Below, in pieces: positions 21,101-30,017 of a stretch of 64,000 nucleotides of DNA; position 1 is the stretch's first letter; each line of letters opens with the position of its first letter. The notes under the pieces were generated by a model. It had not been told where the DNA came from and ran no database searches. It was given only the letters and a program-made list of their open reading frames with translations. Origin of the DNA: Pontiella sp. (lineage in GTDB: Bacteria > Verrucomicrobiota > Kiritimatiellia > Kiritimatiellales > Pontiellaceae); the NCBI GenBank assembly GCA_050290185.1, contig JBNKHE010000001.1, positions 386,713 to 450,712 of the forward strand. The letters are read 5' to 3'. A program made the translations under genes and the position numbers.

Positions 21101-21632
21101 AAACAACACACAGGCTGCGGCATTTCGTGACCAGCTGGAGCAGCGCAAATCGCAAACAGCCCAAAAACAAGTTCTGGAGCAAAAACGAAAAGCGGGGAAA
21201 CTGCAGTTCAATGAAGTCATTAATCTCGGCGCCCTTTATTTTTCCGCCGGTCAGATCCGTCAGGCTGATTCTCTGATGATGCAATATATCAAGGGAGCGA
21301 CCGTAACTCCTGAACAAGCCCTGCAGATTGCCCAGCTGATGGCGCAAAAACAGCGGTTGGCTGTGGTTGAACAAGCTCTGAAAAAATATACTGCCCTGAA
21401 ACCGGATGACCCTGGAGGATGGATCAATCTTGCTGCACTCCAAATGGTTTTGAAAAGGCAGAATGATATGTGGAGTTCCATCGATAAAGCCCTTGAGGTC
21501 GATCCAACGGGCGCACGCACTCAACTACGGAACGACAAGCGTTTCAACCCGATCCGCAAATCCGATAAATTCAAATCCCGCGTACCATCACTGCAAAACA
21601 GCGTTGATATGGGGCTGATGCCCGGCTTCTAG
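18192..21632 (+). CDS. DUF2723/TMEM260-like membrane glycosyltransferase with C-terminal TPR region
   Basis: EDSGEL...LGVPHPPGYP, WSQSVIAEVY, NPPINWG motifs; many TM segments; TPR-like C-terminus. TTG at 18192 follows GAGGGG. Confidence 0.8.
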   Translation: MSTEKFFRKSDWIACWATFVISLIVYVITLQPTVGLEDSGELIVASDYLGVPHPPGYPSWSLLTWLFQWIFHGVTFHGHPNPAWAVNLFSAVSGAAACGVIALLISRSGMDLLRSLSKESSILGEGTESLFCGVAGITGGLLLAFGHGMWSQSVIAEVYSLNIFFQSLVLIFLYRWLSDTDNHKWLIICAFVFGLGTTNHQTLIFMGLAIAIIVLFKDIGLFRDFAIVGLFLSAILIASKYSSGEEWKWASGPDHKGFWFWSIYAIIVPLIATFALKNGKVVGPTILVMLVGVSFYLYMPISSDQNPPINWGYPRTWQGFMHAITRGQYEKVKLSQVLQDPSHFIHQCESFFRDLRSQYLPLVLTGFLPFAAWRTRRFNASLAAIGCFLIAAMLLTASTVISFKMANSDLLADNLNKASIPFIVALFLLFGIGFGISIANFVEFCFKETIDLVRKQQLGFWNGVSILISGLFGLALLVGLLYVDKALISNLVHHGSEQPFRENLIILSAVLLPYAFIVGSYLLKRWKTSQLSFDISEFGQHWFITTIVAFISVGIVFIILQNPKTDIQSLFIGRVQYIQAHAIYAIWMGYGLLLLMAYVDAFMKNIRAIRYIIVLGILTLPAFLVIKNRIDPTQEKIYGGAEQGGHDFGWQFGNWQLQGVKGIEEDLRAWYSPEEFEKIWGEYPNKNYPQPMGTNAIFFGGTDPGRFVPTYMIYSAHVRPDVYLITQNALADNTYMSVMRDLYGDQIWIPSPLDNNMAFQMYIKNDGQSADVSGGRVQVQGVAAVMKINGYLSKMIFDHNQYLTETKTDEATRPVGSAVVYEDPQMDPETGMPPARTFYVEESYAMQWMYPYLTPHGLIMKVNNKPTPITDEMIKNDTDFWNWYCDRLLNDGKFMRDIVARKSFSKLRSSIAGLYAARGRVKEAEAAFRQAIALYDLSPESNYRLADLLAREGRFDEAVAMFDEFLEKDENNTQAAAFRDQLEQRKSQTAQKQVLEQKRKAGKLQFNEVINLGALYFSAGQIRQADSLMMQYIKGATVTPEQALQIAQLMAQKQRLAVVEQALKKYTALKPDDPGGWINLAALQMVLKRQNDMWSSIDKALEVDPTGARTQLRNDKRFNPIRKSDKFKSRVPSLQNSVDMGLMPGF

Positions 21633-21642
21633 GCTTTTTCCT

Positions 21643-22758
21643 GTGAAGATTGTTGTATACGACGACAACCCCGATTTCGGCGGCCACCAAGCCATGGCCG
21701 TCCACGGGGTTGAGGCGCTCGCAGCCGACCCATCGATCGAAACCGTCTTCCTATTCAACCCCGAAAACCGGCAACTCATCGATAAACTCGCCGGAATCAA
21801 GACCTGCCAGACACTCGAATCCCCCTGCGCGACCCGCCGGACGCAAGGCATTAGAAACCGCATTGATCGACAAGGCATCCACGAGCTCCAACGCATCTTC
21901 GGCACGCTTAAAGCCGATCTGGTTCTCTGCCTCCAGGGGGACATCGAACAATCCTCGCAAGCTGTCATCGCCGCCCGCCGCGCCGGGATCGAATGCATCA
22001 GCTACATCGCTCTGCCCCATCGCTCGGCGACCATGGGCGCTAAGCTGGGAAAACTACGCGATCGAGCCAATCAATTCCTGCTAAACCAGCCCACGCGTTA
22101 CATCACCATCAGCGAAAGCATGGCCAAACGCCTTCAGGAGCGCGGCACGAACAAACCCATAACTATCGTCCCCAACGGCATCAACATTCCCAAAACTCCA
22201 CGTGCTTACGACCTCACGACTCACAACTCACCCGTCACGCTGGGGCTATTGGGGCGGGTTGAATTCAACCAAAAGCAGCAGAATTTCATGCTGCAGACCT
22301 TTTGCGACTTTCAGCAGGCATTCGAAAACTGCCGTCTCGTCATCGTAGGCGACGGCCCCGATTGGAACCAACTCGAACAACTCATTGCCAAATGCCCGCG
22401 CAAAGACGACATTGACCTCCTTCCTTGGCAGAAAGACACCGAGACCGTTTTCGCCTCCATCGATCTACTGGTAATTCCCTCCCGCTACGAAGGCGTCCCG
22501 CTCGTCATGCTCGAAGCGCTCGCCCGCGGGATTCCCGTCATCGGCAGCAACCGCGACGGCATGCGCGACATCCTTCCCGAAAGCTGGACCTTCGAAACGG
22601 AAAACGCCACCGCATTGGCCGAAACCTTTTCGCGCGTCCGCGACACATGGCAAAACGCCATCATTCCCCTCCGCGATAAAATCGTGAAAGAACACTCGCT
22701 CGAAACCTTCAAGGCCAGCTTCCACCAAACGGTATTGGACCGAAACCCTGCCTCATAG
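21643..22758 (+). CDS. Glycosyltransferase family 4
   Basis: FGGHQ, IVPNGI, IVGDGPD, PSRYEGVPLVMLEALARG. Confidence 0.9.
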   Translation: MKIVVYDDNPDFGGHQAMAVHGVEALAADPSIETVFLFNPENRQLIDKLAGIKTCQTLESPCATRRTQGIRNRIDRQGIHELQRIFGTLKADLVLCLQGDIEQSSQAVIAARRAGIECISYIALPHRSATMGAKLGKLRDRANQFLLNQPTRYITISESMAKRLQERGTNKPITIVPNGINIPKTPRAYDLTTHNSPVTLGLLGRVEFNQKQQNFMLQTFCDFQQAFENCRLVIVGDGPDWNQLEQLIAKCPRKDDIDLLPWQKDTETVFASIDLLVIPSRYEGVPLVMLEALARGIPVIGSNRDGMRDILPESWTFETENATALAETFSRVRDTWQNAIIPLRDKIVKEHSLETFKASFHQTVLDRNPAS

Positions 22759-22787
22759 AGCCCCAATCAGCAGGAAAATAACCCTCC

Positions 22788-22815
22788 TTGACTTGACGTA
22801 CTATATTTATAGTAT
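22788..22815 (+). promoter_or_regulatory. Sigma70-like promoter overlapped by a palindromic operator (probable BlaI site)
   Basis: TTGACT (22788) and TAGTAT (22810) with a 16-bp spacer; perfect 7-bp inverted repeat TACTATA-tt-TATAGTA at 22799-22814. Confidence 0.6.
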
Positions 22816-22844
22816 TACCAATTATCAGCAACAGCGGAGGATTC

Positions 22845-23237
22845 ATGAAGAAAAAAACACCTCAACCAAGCAACCTCGAGCTCAACATTCTGGGAGTGCT
22901 TTGGGAGAAAGGCCCATTGACGGCCCGGCAAGTACTGGAATCGCTCAACGACGGCAAGCAACGCGCCTACACCACCGTGCTCAGTCTCATGCAGGGCATG
23001 GAACGTAAAGGATTGCTCTCCCGTATAGTCGACGATGTTGCCCACCTGTGGAGCCCGGTAGTGAGCCGCCGATCCATCATGGGTCCGATGATGAAAAAGC
23101 TGGTCAGCAACGTATTCGGAGGACGCCCCAGCGAAGCGCTCCAGCAGCTACTTAGCGATACGTCGGTTGACGAAGATGAACTGGCCGAAATCCAGCGATT
23201 GATCAGCGACTACCAATCCCGGCGCGAAAACCGGTAG
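22845..23237 (+). CDS. BlaI/MecI/CopY family transcriptional repressor
   Basis: ELNILGVLWEKGPLTARQV, AYTTVLSLM..ME.KGLL, FGG, ELAEIQRLI. Confidence 0.92.
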   Translation: MKKKTPQPSNLELNILGVLWEKGPLTARQVLESLNDGKQRAYTTVLSLMQGMERKGLLSRIVDDVAHLWSPVVSRRSIMGPMMKKLVSNVFGGRPSEALQQLLSDTSVDEDELAEIQRLISDYQSRRENR

Positions 23238-23252
23238 CGGGCGGAGGGTGGT

Positions 23253-26200
23253 ATGAACCTGTTAAACACATTGTCCACGCCGGCATGGTCACATCTTATC
23301 GCGGCTCTCCTGCATACACTGTGGCTCGGAATGCTTTCCGCGGTTGCGGTGGCCCTGGTGCTGCGGGCGCAACCGGCCAACCTCCCCCAACAACGCCAGC
23401 TTGCCTGCATCGCAGGGCTGCTAGCTACGCTGATCGGCGGCTACATGGCCTGGAGTCTGATCGACCAAGGCTCAACCGCAACATCCCATTCCGTACCTAC
23501 GACCGCCATCGGGAATCATCCCGCAGCTACGACCATCGATGAACGGCCAGCAGCACCCTCTCAACCGGTGGCCTACCATTACCTTCCTGCGAAGGATAAT
23601 TTCTCTTCCCAACCAGCTATCCATGCAACGACATGGGCCGTGATCGGCTGGCTGCTCGGTGTTGCGGCCATGCTGGCACGAATGCTACGGGCCATGGCAG
23701 GAGCCGGCCGGCTGCGCCGAAGAGCACAACCGCTACCCCCGAACCACCTGCTTAACCAGATACTTTCCGAACTCCAATCGCGGCTTGGTTCGGCACAAAA
23801 AGCAGCCATCCTGTTGGTCGATACGCTATCGGGCCCCGCCGTGACGGGCGCATTGCGCCCCGTCATCCTGTGGCCGGTCGCCTGGGCGACCGGTCTACCG
23901 GAATGGCAAGTCCGCGCTATGCTCGCCCATGAATTCGCACACATCGTCCGCCGCGACTATCTGGTCAACCTGCTGCAGATGGTGGTTGAGGCGCTCCTCT
24001 TCTTCAATCCAGCGGTCTGGTGGATGAGCCGCCAGCTACGCATTGAGCGGGAGGCCTGTTGCGATGCACTTGCCGCCCGCCTGCTCGGCGAAGCGGGCGA
24101 ATACAACGTTGCCCGCGCCTTGGCAGAGGTCTCCGGAGCACTGCCTACCGGAGTGCTCGCCTTCGGGAGCGATCAACACGGAAGCCTGCTTGGCCGCGTA
24201 CGCCGCCTGCTCGAGCCCGGCCACCGCCCCAACCTGCGCCTTCCTTGGCCGACCCTGCTCGGCTTGCTGGCCTTGATCGCAATCGCATTGGTGGCGATCA
24301 AGTCTACGGGCGATGCCGTGGCCAGCAAGTTGATGAGCCACAAGGAACGCATCGCCACGATGGAGGCGCTGAAGGAGCAAGCACCCGACTACCAGCATGG
24401 TGATGCGGAACTGGAGAAATACACGAAAAAGGACCGGATCACCATCGAGGGAAGCATCCGAATGGCTGATGGAGGAAAAATACCGCAAGATCTGCAAATT
24501 ACATCCTGCAGCACCCTACCCCGCCGAATTGTCTATGGTGGCGGCATTAGCGGAACACAGATGAACGCGGAGAAGACGCAAATGACCTTTGCCCTTCCAG
24601 TCGAGTTTGGCGCGATTCATCTATTGCTCAAGGCCGAAGGTTATGCCCCGCAATTTATTGGCCCCCTCACGGCAGACCCGGGCGGCACGGTCGAAGGGGT
24701 TGAACTTGTGCTCGACCGGGGTTTCAAGTCCGATATTCTCCTGAAGGACGGCCACGGCAATCCGATACCGGATGCGGAAATACAAATTCAATCCGAAGAC
24801 CCCTCCCAGGGGTGGCGACTAACGGCGACCACCGGGAAGGACGGAGTCGCCGCAATCGAACATACCCCAAATATTCCCGTGAAACTCGAAGTGAGGCATC
24901 CAGGCTACATGGAAGCCATCACCCAGCACGTCGTGCTGCTGGAAGGCAAACCCTACAAATGGACGCTGGAAAAAGCTTCGCCGGCAACCGGACAAGTTGT
25001 CGATGCCGAACACGGAAATCCGTTGGGCGGGGTGGAATTCCACATGCAGGAACGTCGCAGTTCCAGGCTCGGCAACATGCAATGGCAATTATCATCCGGC
25101 CCGTTTCTCGGAACCTCAGATGCCCACGGTAGATTTTCCATCGATACGCTGGATGCAACCAGTACATATAAAATAGTGGCACAGTCGCCCGACCGCTCGC
25201 ATGCCGGCATGTTCGCGCTCTTTCCCGGAGAAACCGGTAAGTTGGTAAAGCTCCAACCCACGCTCTCCATCTCGGGCGTTATTGCCAACGCGGAAAAATT
25301 GACCCGCAACCGCGACGGAAGCATCGAGCTCGCATGGGGGGAATCTCTCCGCTATGAGCTGGGATATGTGTTTTTAAACGGCGATGTGGACGTCAGGGAG
25401 AACGGTACAAATACCACCTTCATGTTGCACGGCGCCTTGCCCGGAAGGATTGAGATACGCGGGAGCGGTCTACGAGAGGTATTGGCACTCCGTGGCTCAA
25501 CCACGAATATTGTTTTGAATAACGAAATAAACGGTTCCTCTCCCAAGGACCTGCAAGCCCAGATCGATGCCGAGCATCCCATGCGCACGATCCACATACA
25601 GCTCCAGCCTCCCAAGGGAGCACCGATACCCAGTGGCTCCATTCAGGTAAAATACCATCGGTACGAAGCCCACCCCGAATTGAAGGAAGGATTCATGCGG
25701 ATCGGCAGAAGGGTGTCGCTGCCCCTTGACGAAAACGGCGCAGCCACCTTCGAGATTCCCACGCCAAACCGGCTCAAGCTCAAGCCCCAGGGACTCAACG
25801 GCTACTGGTTCCCCTCCCATTGGAACGACAACGGAACTAATGTATGCGCCGGTGGCGATATCGGGACCTACGATGCATCATACGAGCAAACGCTGCCGGT
25901 TCTTCCGGCCGGCGCCATAGAGGGAAGCATCTTCGACCAACAGGGGAAACCGGCCAAGGGTTTGCTCATCTCGATATCCGCATCCGGCCAGCCGGACGCG
26001 GACATCAGCAATAGTCTCGGCATTGAAATCAAGAACTCCGCCAGCGGAAGCGATGACAGCAGTCGCTTTCTGGCCGGGCCGCTTCCGCTGGATGACGCCT
26101 ACCGGATCATCGCTCATACCGGGCAGTACTACACCGTCAGCAAACCAATCCGGCTCACCGCCGAGCAACCCTTCGCGCAGTTGGAAATCAAAATGCCGGA

Positions 26201-26783
26201 AACGGTCGATCTGATCGGCTTCGTAACCGGCCCGGAAGACGAACCCATCAAGGGTGTTGTAGCTGACCTTTCATTGTCTGTGGAAGGTCACGGGTACGGA
26301 ACTGACAACCAACCCCTCACCGGGGTCGACGGACGGTTTAGTATCGCCGGGCTGAATCCCGCGCTGCCCGAAGGAGCCAACTACACGCTCTTATTAATGC
26401 CGGCATCGAACTATGTTCCCGTTTCGATCAAGTTCAATGCAGTCAAGAATCCATTGCGATTCAGCTTGGAACGGGGACGGACCGTTACAGGCATCGTGGT
26501 CGACCAATCAACCGGGAAACCTTTGCAGGGTGTGGAGGTGTATGCCCGGGGCGACTGGGAAAACTGGTCGAGTGATAACCCGGGCTGGATCAATGCCGAT
26601 GCGCTCACGGACGATCAGGGCCGCTTCCGCTTCACGCGTTTGCGCCCCAACCGCCCCTACGCCATCAGCACCCGGAGTGGCTGGGAATCCGTCAACTATC
26701 CACTCCCTGCCGATGCAACACCGGACATATGCATCTCTATCAAGCCCTATCCCTGGTGGCTGGATGAGCATCCCCAGGATTGA
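23253..26783 (+). CDS. BlaR1-type M56 metallopeptidase with large exported carboxypeptidase-regulatory-like beta-sandwich repeats
   Basis: LAHEFAHIVRRDY (HExxH), FFNPAVWW, EREACCD; repeated G.V.D..G.P...T...GRF motifs. Confidence 0.88.
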   Translation: MNLLNTLSTPAWSHLIAALLHTLWLGMLSAVAVALVLRAQPANLPQQRQLACIAGLLATLIGGYMAWSLIDQGSTATSHSVPTTAIGNHPAATTIDERPAAPSQPVAYHYLPAKDNFSSQPAIHATTWAVIGWLLGVAAMLARMLRAMAGAGRLRRRAQPLPPNHLLNQILSELQSRLGSAQKAAILLVDTLSGPAVTGALRPVILWPVAWATGLPEWQVRAMLAHEFAHIVRRDYLVNLLQMVVEALLFFNPAVWWMSRQLRIEREACCDALAARLLGEAGEYNVARALAEVSGALPTGVLAFGSDQHGSLLGRVRRLLEPGHRPNLRLPWPTLLGLLALIAIALVAIKSTGDAVASKLMSHKERIATMEALKEQAPDYQHGDAELEKYTKKDRITIEGSIRMADGGKIPQDLQITSCSTLPRRIVYGGGISGTQMNAEKTQMTFALPVEFGAIHLLLKAEGYAPQFIGPLTADPGGTVEGVELVLDRGFKSDILLKDGHGNPIPDAEIQIQSEDPSQGWRLTATTGKDGVAAIEHTPNIPVKLEVRHPGYMEAITQHVVLLEGKPYKWTLEKASPATGQVVDAEHGNPLGGVEFHMQERRSSRLGNMQWQLSSGPFLGTSDAHGRFSIDTLDATSTYKIVAQSPDRSHAGMFALFPGETGKLVKLQPTLSISGVIANAEKLTRNRDGSIELAWGESLRYELGYVFLNGDVDVRENGTNTTFMLHGALPGRIEIRGSGLREVLALRGSTTNIVLNNEINGSSPKDLQAQIDAEHPMRTIHIQLQPPKGAPIPSGSIQVKYHRYEAHPELKEGFMRIGRRVSLPLDENGAATFEIPTPNRLKLKPQGLNGYWFPSHWNDNGTNVCAGGDIGTYDASYEQTLPVLPAGAIEGSIFDQQGKPAKGLLISISASGQPDADISNSLGIEIKNSASGSDDSSRFLAGPLPLDDAYRIIAHTGQYYTVSKPIRLTAEQPFAQLEIKMPETVDLIGFVTGPEDEPIKGVVADLSLSVEGHGYGTDNQPLTGVDGRFSIAGLNPALPEGANYTLLLMPASNYVPVSIKFNAVKNPLRFSLERGRTVTGIVVDQSTGKPLQGVEVYARGDWENWSSDNPGWINADALTDDQGRFRFTRLRPNRPYAISTRSGWESVNYPLPADATPDICISIKPYPWWLDEHPQD

Positions 26784-26789
26784 TCCACG

Positions 26790-26821
26790 AAAAAAGGCGC
26801 CCCAGTCGGAGCGCCTTTTTT
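26790..26821. terminator. Bidirectional intrinsic terminator
   Basis: AAAAAAGGCGC-loop-GCGCCTTTTTT between the convergent M56 gene and pnp. Confidence 0.85.
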
Positions 26822-26842
26822 CATTTCCTATCGAAGGAAACC

Positions 26843-28942
26843 TTATTCACCGGCATCGTCGTTCAACGCAGCTTTGCGGCTGAGGCGAACGCGGCCCTGG
26901 TTGTCGATATCGATGCACTTCACGCGCATCGCATCGCCTGGCTTGCAGATGGAATCAACACTGTCGATACGCTCATTGGCCATTTCGGAAATGTGCACGA
27001 GGCCTTCCTTTCCCGGCATGCATTCAACAAACGCACCGAAGTCCTTCACGGCAATTACTTTGCCGTCGTAGGTCTTGCCGATTTCAATTTCAGCGGTTAG
27101 GGCATTAACCTGGCTGATGGCACTTTCCATCGCGTCGGCATCGACTGCAAAAATATTGACCGTGCCGTCTTCCTGGATGTCGATCTGCGCGCCGGAGCTT
27201 TCGGTAATGGCACGGATGTGCTTGCCGCCCGGTCCAATCAGAGCGCCGATCTTTTCCGGATCAATCTTAACGGTCGTGATACGCGGTGCGCTGGCAGCCA
27301 GCTCGGCACGCGGAGCCGGGATAACGCCTTCCATGTGATCGAGGATATCGCAACGACCCTTGCGGGCAATTTCGAATGCTTCGGCTACCTGGTCCCAGTT
27401 GAGGCCGTGCACTTTGAGGTCGACCTGGAAGCCGGTGATACCCTTGCGGGTTCCTACCACCTTGAAGTCCATGTCGCCGCAGTGGTCTTCCACACCGAGA
27501 ATATCGATCACTTCAATCGAAGCACCCTTTTCGTCGGTAAAGAGGCCAACGGAAATACCGGCAACCGGAGCCTTCAGCGGAACGCCGGCATCCATCAGCG
27601 CCAGACACCCGCCACAGGCGGAGGCCATGGAGGAGGATCCGTTGGAACCCATTACTTCGGATACCACACGCACGGTGTAGGGAAATTCTTCAGGCATAAC
27701 CGGAGCAATCGAACGCTCTGCCAGATTACCGTGGCCGATTTCGCGGCGGCCGGTCATACCCAGACGACCAACTTCGCCCACGGAGTACGGCGGGAAGTTG
27801 TAGTGAAGAATGAAGTTCTTTTCGTCCTTACCACCGGTAACCGCATCAAAGCGCTGTGCTTCTTTGGTGGTTCCGAGGGTCACGGTACAGATGGTCTGCG
27901 TTTCGCCACGACCGAAGATGGCCGAACCATGCGTACGGGGCAGTACGCCGACCTGCACGTCAAGATCACGGAGTTCGAGCATGCCGCGTCCGCCGATACG
28001 GGTGTTTCCTTCGGTAACGTTCTTGCGAACGGTTTCCACTTCCAGATCGTGGAATGCGTGGAAGAACTGATCGTCGGTCATTTCTTCGAAGAGCTCCTGC
28101 ATCTGCGGTTTCAGCTCTTCCTTCAGGGCGGAAACGGCGTCCTGACGCTCGATCTTGCCGGAAATCTTCATCAGTTCCTTGAACTTTTCGCCAACGAGTT
28201 CGCGGGCTTTATCAACCAAGGTAGTGTCTTTGGGCTCCGGAGCGTAGATTTTTTCCGGCATGCCGAGTGCTTTGCGCAGTTCCAGCTGTCCGTCGATGAT
28301 TTTAACCACTTCAACGTGCGCTGTTTTCATGGCTTCGATGAATTCGGCTTCGGGGATTTCCTTCGCGCTGCCTTCAATCATCATGACCTTGTCGCGTGAT
28401 CCGCAATAAGTCAGATCGATATCGCTGGCCTCGAGCTCGTCGTGATTCGGGTTGATGATCCACTGACCATCGTTACGCACAATCCGCACGGCACCGATCG
28501 GGCCGTCGAACGGCAGGTCGGTAAGCGTTAGGGCAGCAGATGCCGCATTAACGCTGAGAATGTCGGTATCCAGCTGACCATCGCAGCTCAAGAGCATGTT
28601 GTTGATCTGCACTTCGCGATGGAAGTTGTCAGGGAACAGTGTGCGGATCGGACGGTCGGTAACGCGCATGGTGAGGATTTCCTTCTCGGAAGGACGGGCC
28701 TCACGCTTGATGTAGCCCCCCGGGAAACGGCCGGCTGCATAAAACTTTTCACGGTATTCAACCTGCAGCGGGAAAAAATCGCATCCTTCGCGGGCTTCTT
28801 TTGCTGCGGTTACTGCAGAGAAAACAATGTTTTCGCCGATGCCACAGGTTACAGAACCCTGGGCTTGTTTGGCCAGCAGGCCGGTTTCGAGAACCATCGA
28901 CTTGCCGCCGACTTCGAATTCTACTTTGGTTGTACCCTTCAT
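26843..28942 (-). CDS. pnp: Polyribonucleotide nucleotidyltransferase
   Basis: [35 protein letters not shown] (IGPGGK) and S1 domains. Confidence 0.98.
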   Translation of the reverse strand: MKGTTKVEFEVGGKSMVLETGLLAKQAQGSVTCGIGENIVFSAVTAAKEAREGCDFFPLQVEYREKFYAAGRFPGGYIKREARPSEKEILTMRVTDRPIRTLFPDNFHREVQINNMLLSCDGQLDTDILSVNAASAALTLTDLPFDGPIGAVRIVRNDGQWIINPNHDELEASDIDLTYCGSRDKVMMIEGSAKEIPEAEFIEAMKTAHVEVVKIIDGQLELRKALGMPEKIYAPEPKDTTLVDKARELVGEKFKELMKISGKIERQDAVSALKEELKPQMQELFEEMTDDQFFHAFHDLEVETVRKNVTEGNTRIGGRGMLELRDLDVQVGVLPRTHGSAIFGRGETQTICTVTLGTTKEAQRFDAVTGGKDEKNFILHYNFPPYSVGEVGRLGMTGRREIGHGNLAERSIAPVMPEEFPYTVRVVSEVMGSNGSSSMASACGGCLALMDAGVPLKAPVAGISVGLFTDEKGASIEVIDILGVEDHCGDMDFKVVGTRKGITGFQVDLKVHGLNWDQVAEAFEIARKGRCDILDHMEGVIPAPRAELAASAPRITTVKIDPEKIGALIGPGGKHIRAITESSGAQIDIQEDGTVNIFAVDADAMESAISQVNALTAEIEIGKTYDGKVIAVKDFGAFVECMPGKEGLVHISEMANERIDSVDSICKPGDAMRVKCIDIDNQGRVRLSRKAALNDDAGE

Positions 28943-29006
28943 ACTTAAATTGCGCCCATTCTCTATTTTTTCTGAAGAGCGCACCTTTCCTGTTTGTTTT
29001 TATGTT

Positions 29007-29128
29007 TTCCGCCGGGTTTTCCGGCCGGAACCTTTCGTTTGCGATGCGCCGTTTTCGAGGTTTGTAGAAACGACACAAGCCCTTTAGAAATAAAGGGCTC
29101 GCGAACGAATTAGGATTTTAAACATCCT
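29007..29128 (-). promoter_or_regulatory. Structured rpsO-pnp intergenic leader
   Basis: Nested stems: 29034-44 pairs with 29099-109, enclosing hairpins at ~29045-77 and 29078-99; further hairpins at 29007-30 and ~29112-28. Confidence 0.55.
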
Positions 29129-29137
29129 GAAAGACGA

Positions 29138-29401
29138 TTACTTACGCAAGCCGAGTTTTGCAATCAGCTCTTTGTAGCGGGCGTCGTCCTTCTTCTGCAG
29201 ATAGCTCAGCAGTTTGCGGCGCTTATTGACCATCATGATGAGGCCGCGGCGCGAACTGTGATCTTTCTTGAAGCTCTTGAGATGTTCGGTCAAATCCTTG
29301 ATGCGCGTTGTAAGCAACGCAACCTGAACCTCTACGGAACCGGTATCCTGCTCGCTGCGCTTGAATTCGTTTTTAATTTCAGCTTTGACTGCTTGATCCA
29401 C
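29138..29401 (-). CDS. rpsO: 30S ribosomal protein S15
   Basis: [19 protein letters not shown]...[10 protein letters not shown]; lies upstream of pnp. Confidence 0.98.
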   Translation of the reverse strand: MDQAVKAEIKNEFKRSEQDTGSVEVQVALLTTRIKDLTEHLKSFKKDHSSRRGLIMMVNKRRKLLSYLQKKDDARYKELIAKLGLRK

Positions 29402-29546
29402 GTTGGGACTCCTTGTTTTTCTCTTTCAATCCAAATCAGGCGCGAAACTATACGTATCGCCCCACTTCATGTAAAGCACAGTTTTCCCAGCTTTTTACGT
29501 CCTTTTTTCGTCCACCGGGAAACCGGTCTGGCCGCGCTGGCCCGGC

Positions 29547-30014
29547 CTATTCCACGAGGCGGATTTTCCCTTCCATACCCGCACGAAACGAATAGGCATC
29601 GCCCTGCTTTTTTCCGGTTAGCGCCACGCCTACCGGTGATTCCGGCGTTATGACCGTGATTTCACGTCCGTCGACCTCAAGCTCCGTTCCACCGCCGCAA
29701 TTGAGCAGGAAAAACAGGAGAACCTCCCCATCCATCTCCGTCTCGATCAACGCGCCCGCCCCGATGGGCCGACCGGAAAAATCCTTGGGTATAAACGCGC
29801 GCAACTCTTCCACCTGCATGGCCAATGCCTCGAATTGCTTCGCGTGGCCGCGTGCCAGATACGATTGCTCCAGCCCACAGGTATCCCACTTGGTCTCCGC
29901 CTTCGCCTCGACGTGGGTCGCCCCTGCCGCTGCGGTCTGCTGAGCGGCCAACTGCCGGCGCACTTCCCCGGCCAGTGCATCCTGCACGGCTTTTAAAATT
30001 TTTAACTTATCCAT
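29547..30014 (-). CDS. GreA/GreB-family transcription elongation factor-like protein
   Basis: AETKWDTCGLEQSYLARG coiled tip and ITPESPVGVALTGKKQGD C-terminal motif. Confidence 0.75.
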   Translation of the reverse strand: MDKLKILKAVQDALAGEVRRQLAAQQTAAAGATHVEAKAETKWDTCGLEQSYLARGHAKQFEALAMQVEELRAFIPKDFSGRPIGAGALIETEMDGEVLLFFLLNCGGGTELEVDGREITVITPESPVGVALTGKKQGDAYSFRAGMEGKIRLVE

Positions 30015-30017
30015 ATA

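Noticed and set aside
27218..28399. 393-aa ORF on the + strand
   Set aside because: Antisense shadow of pnp.
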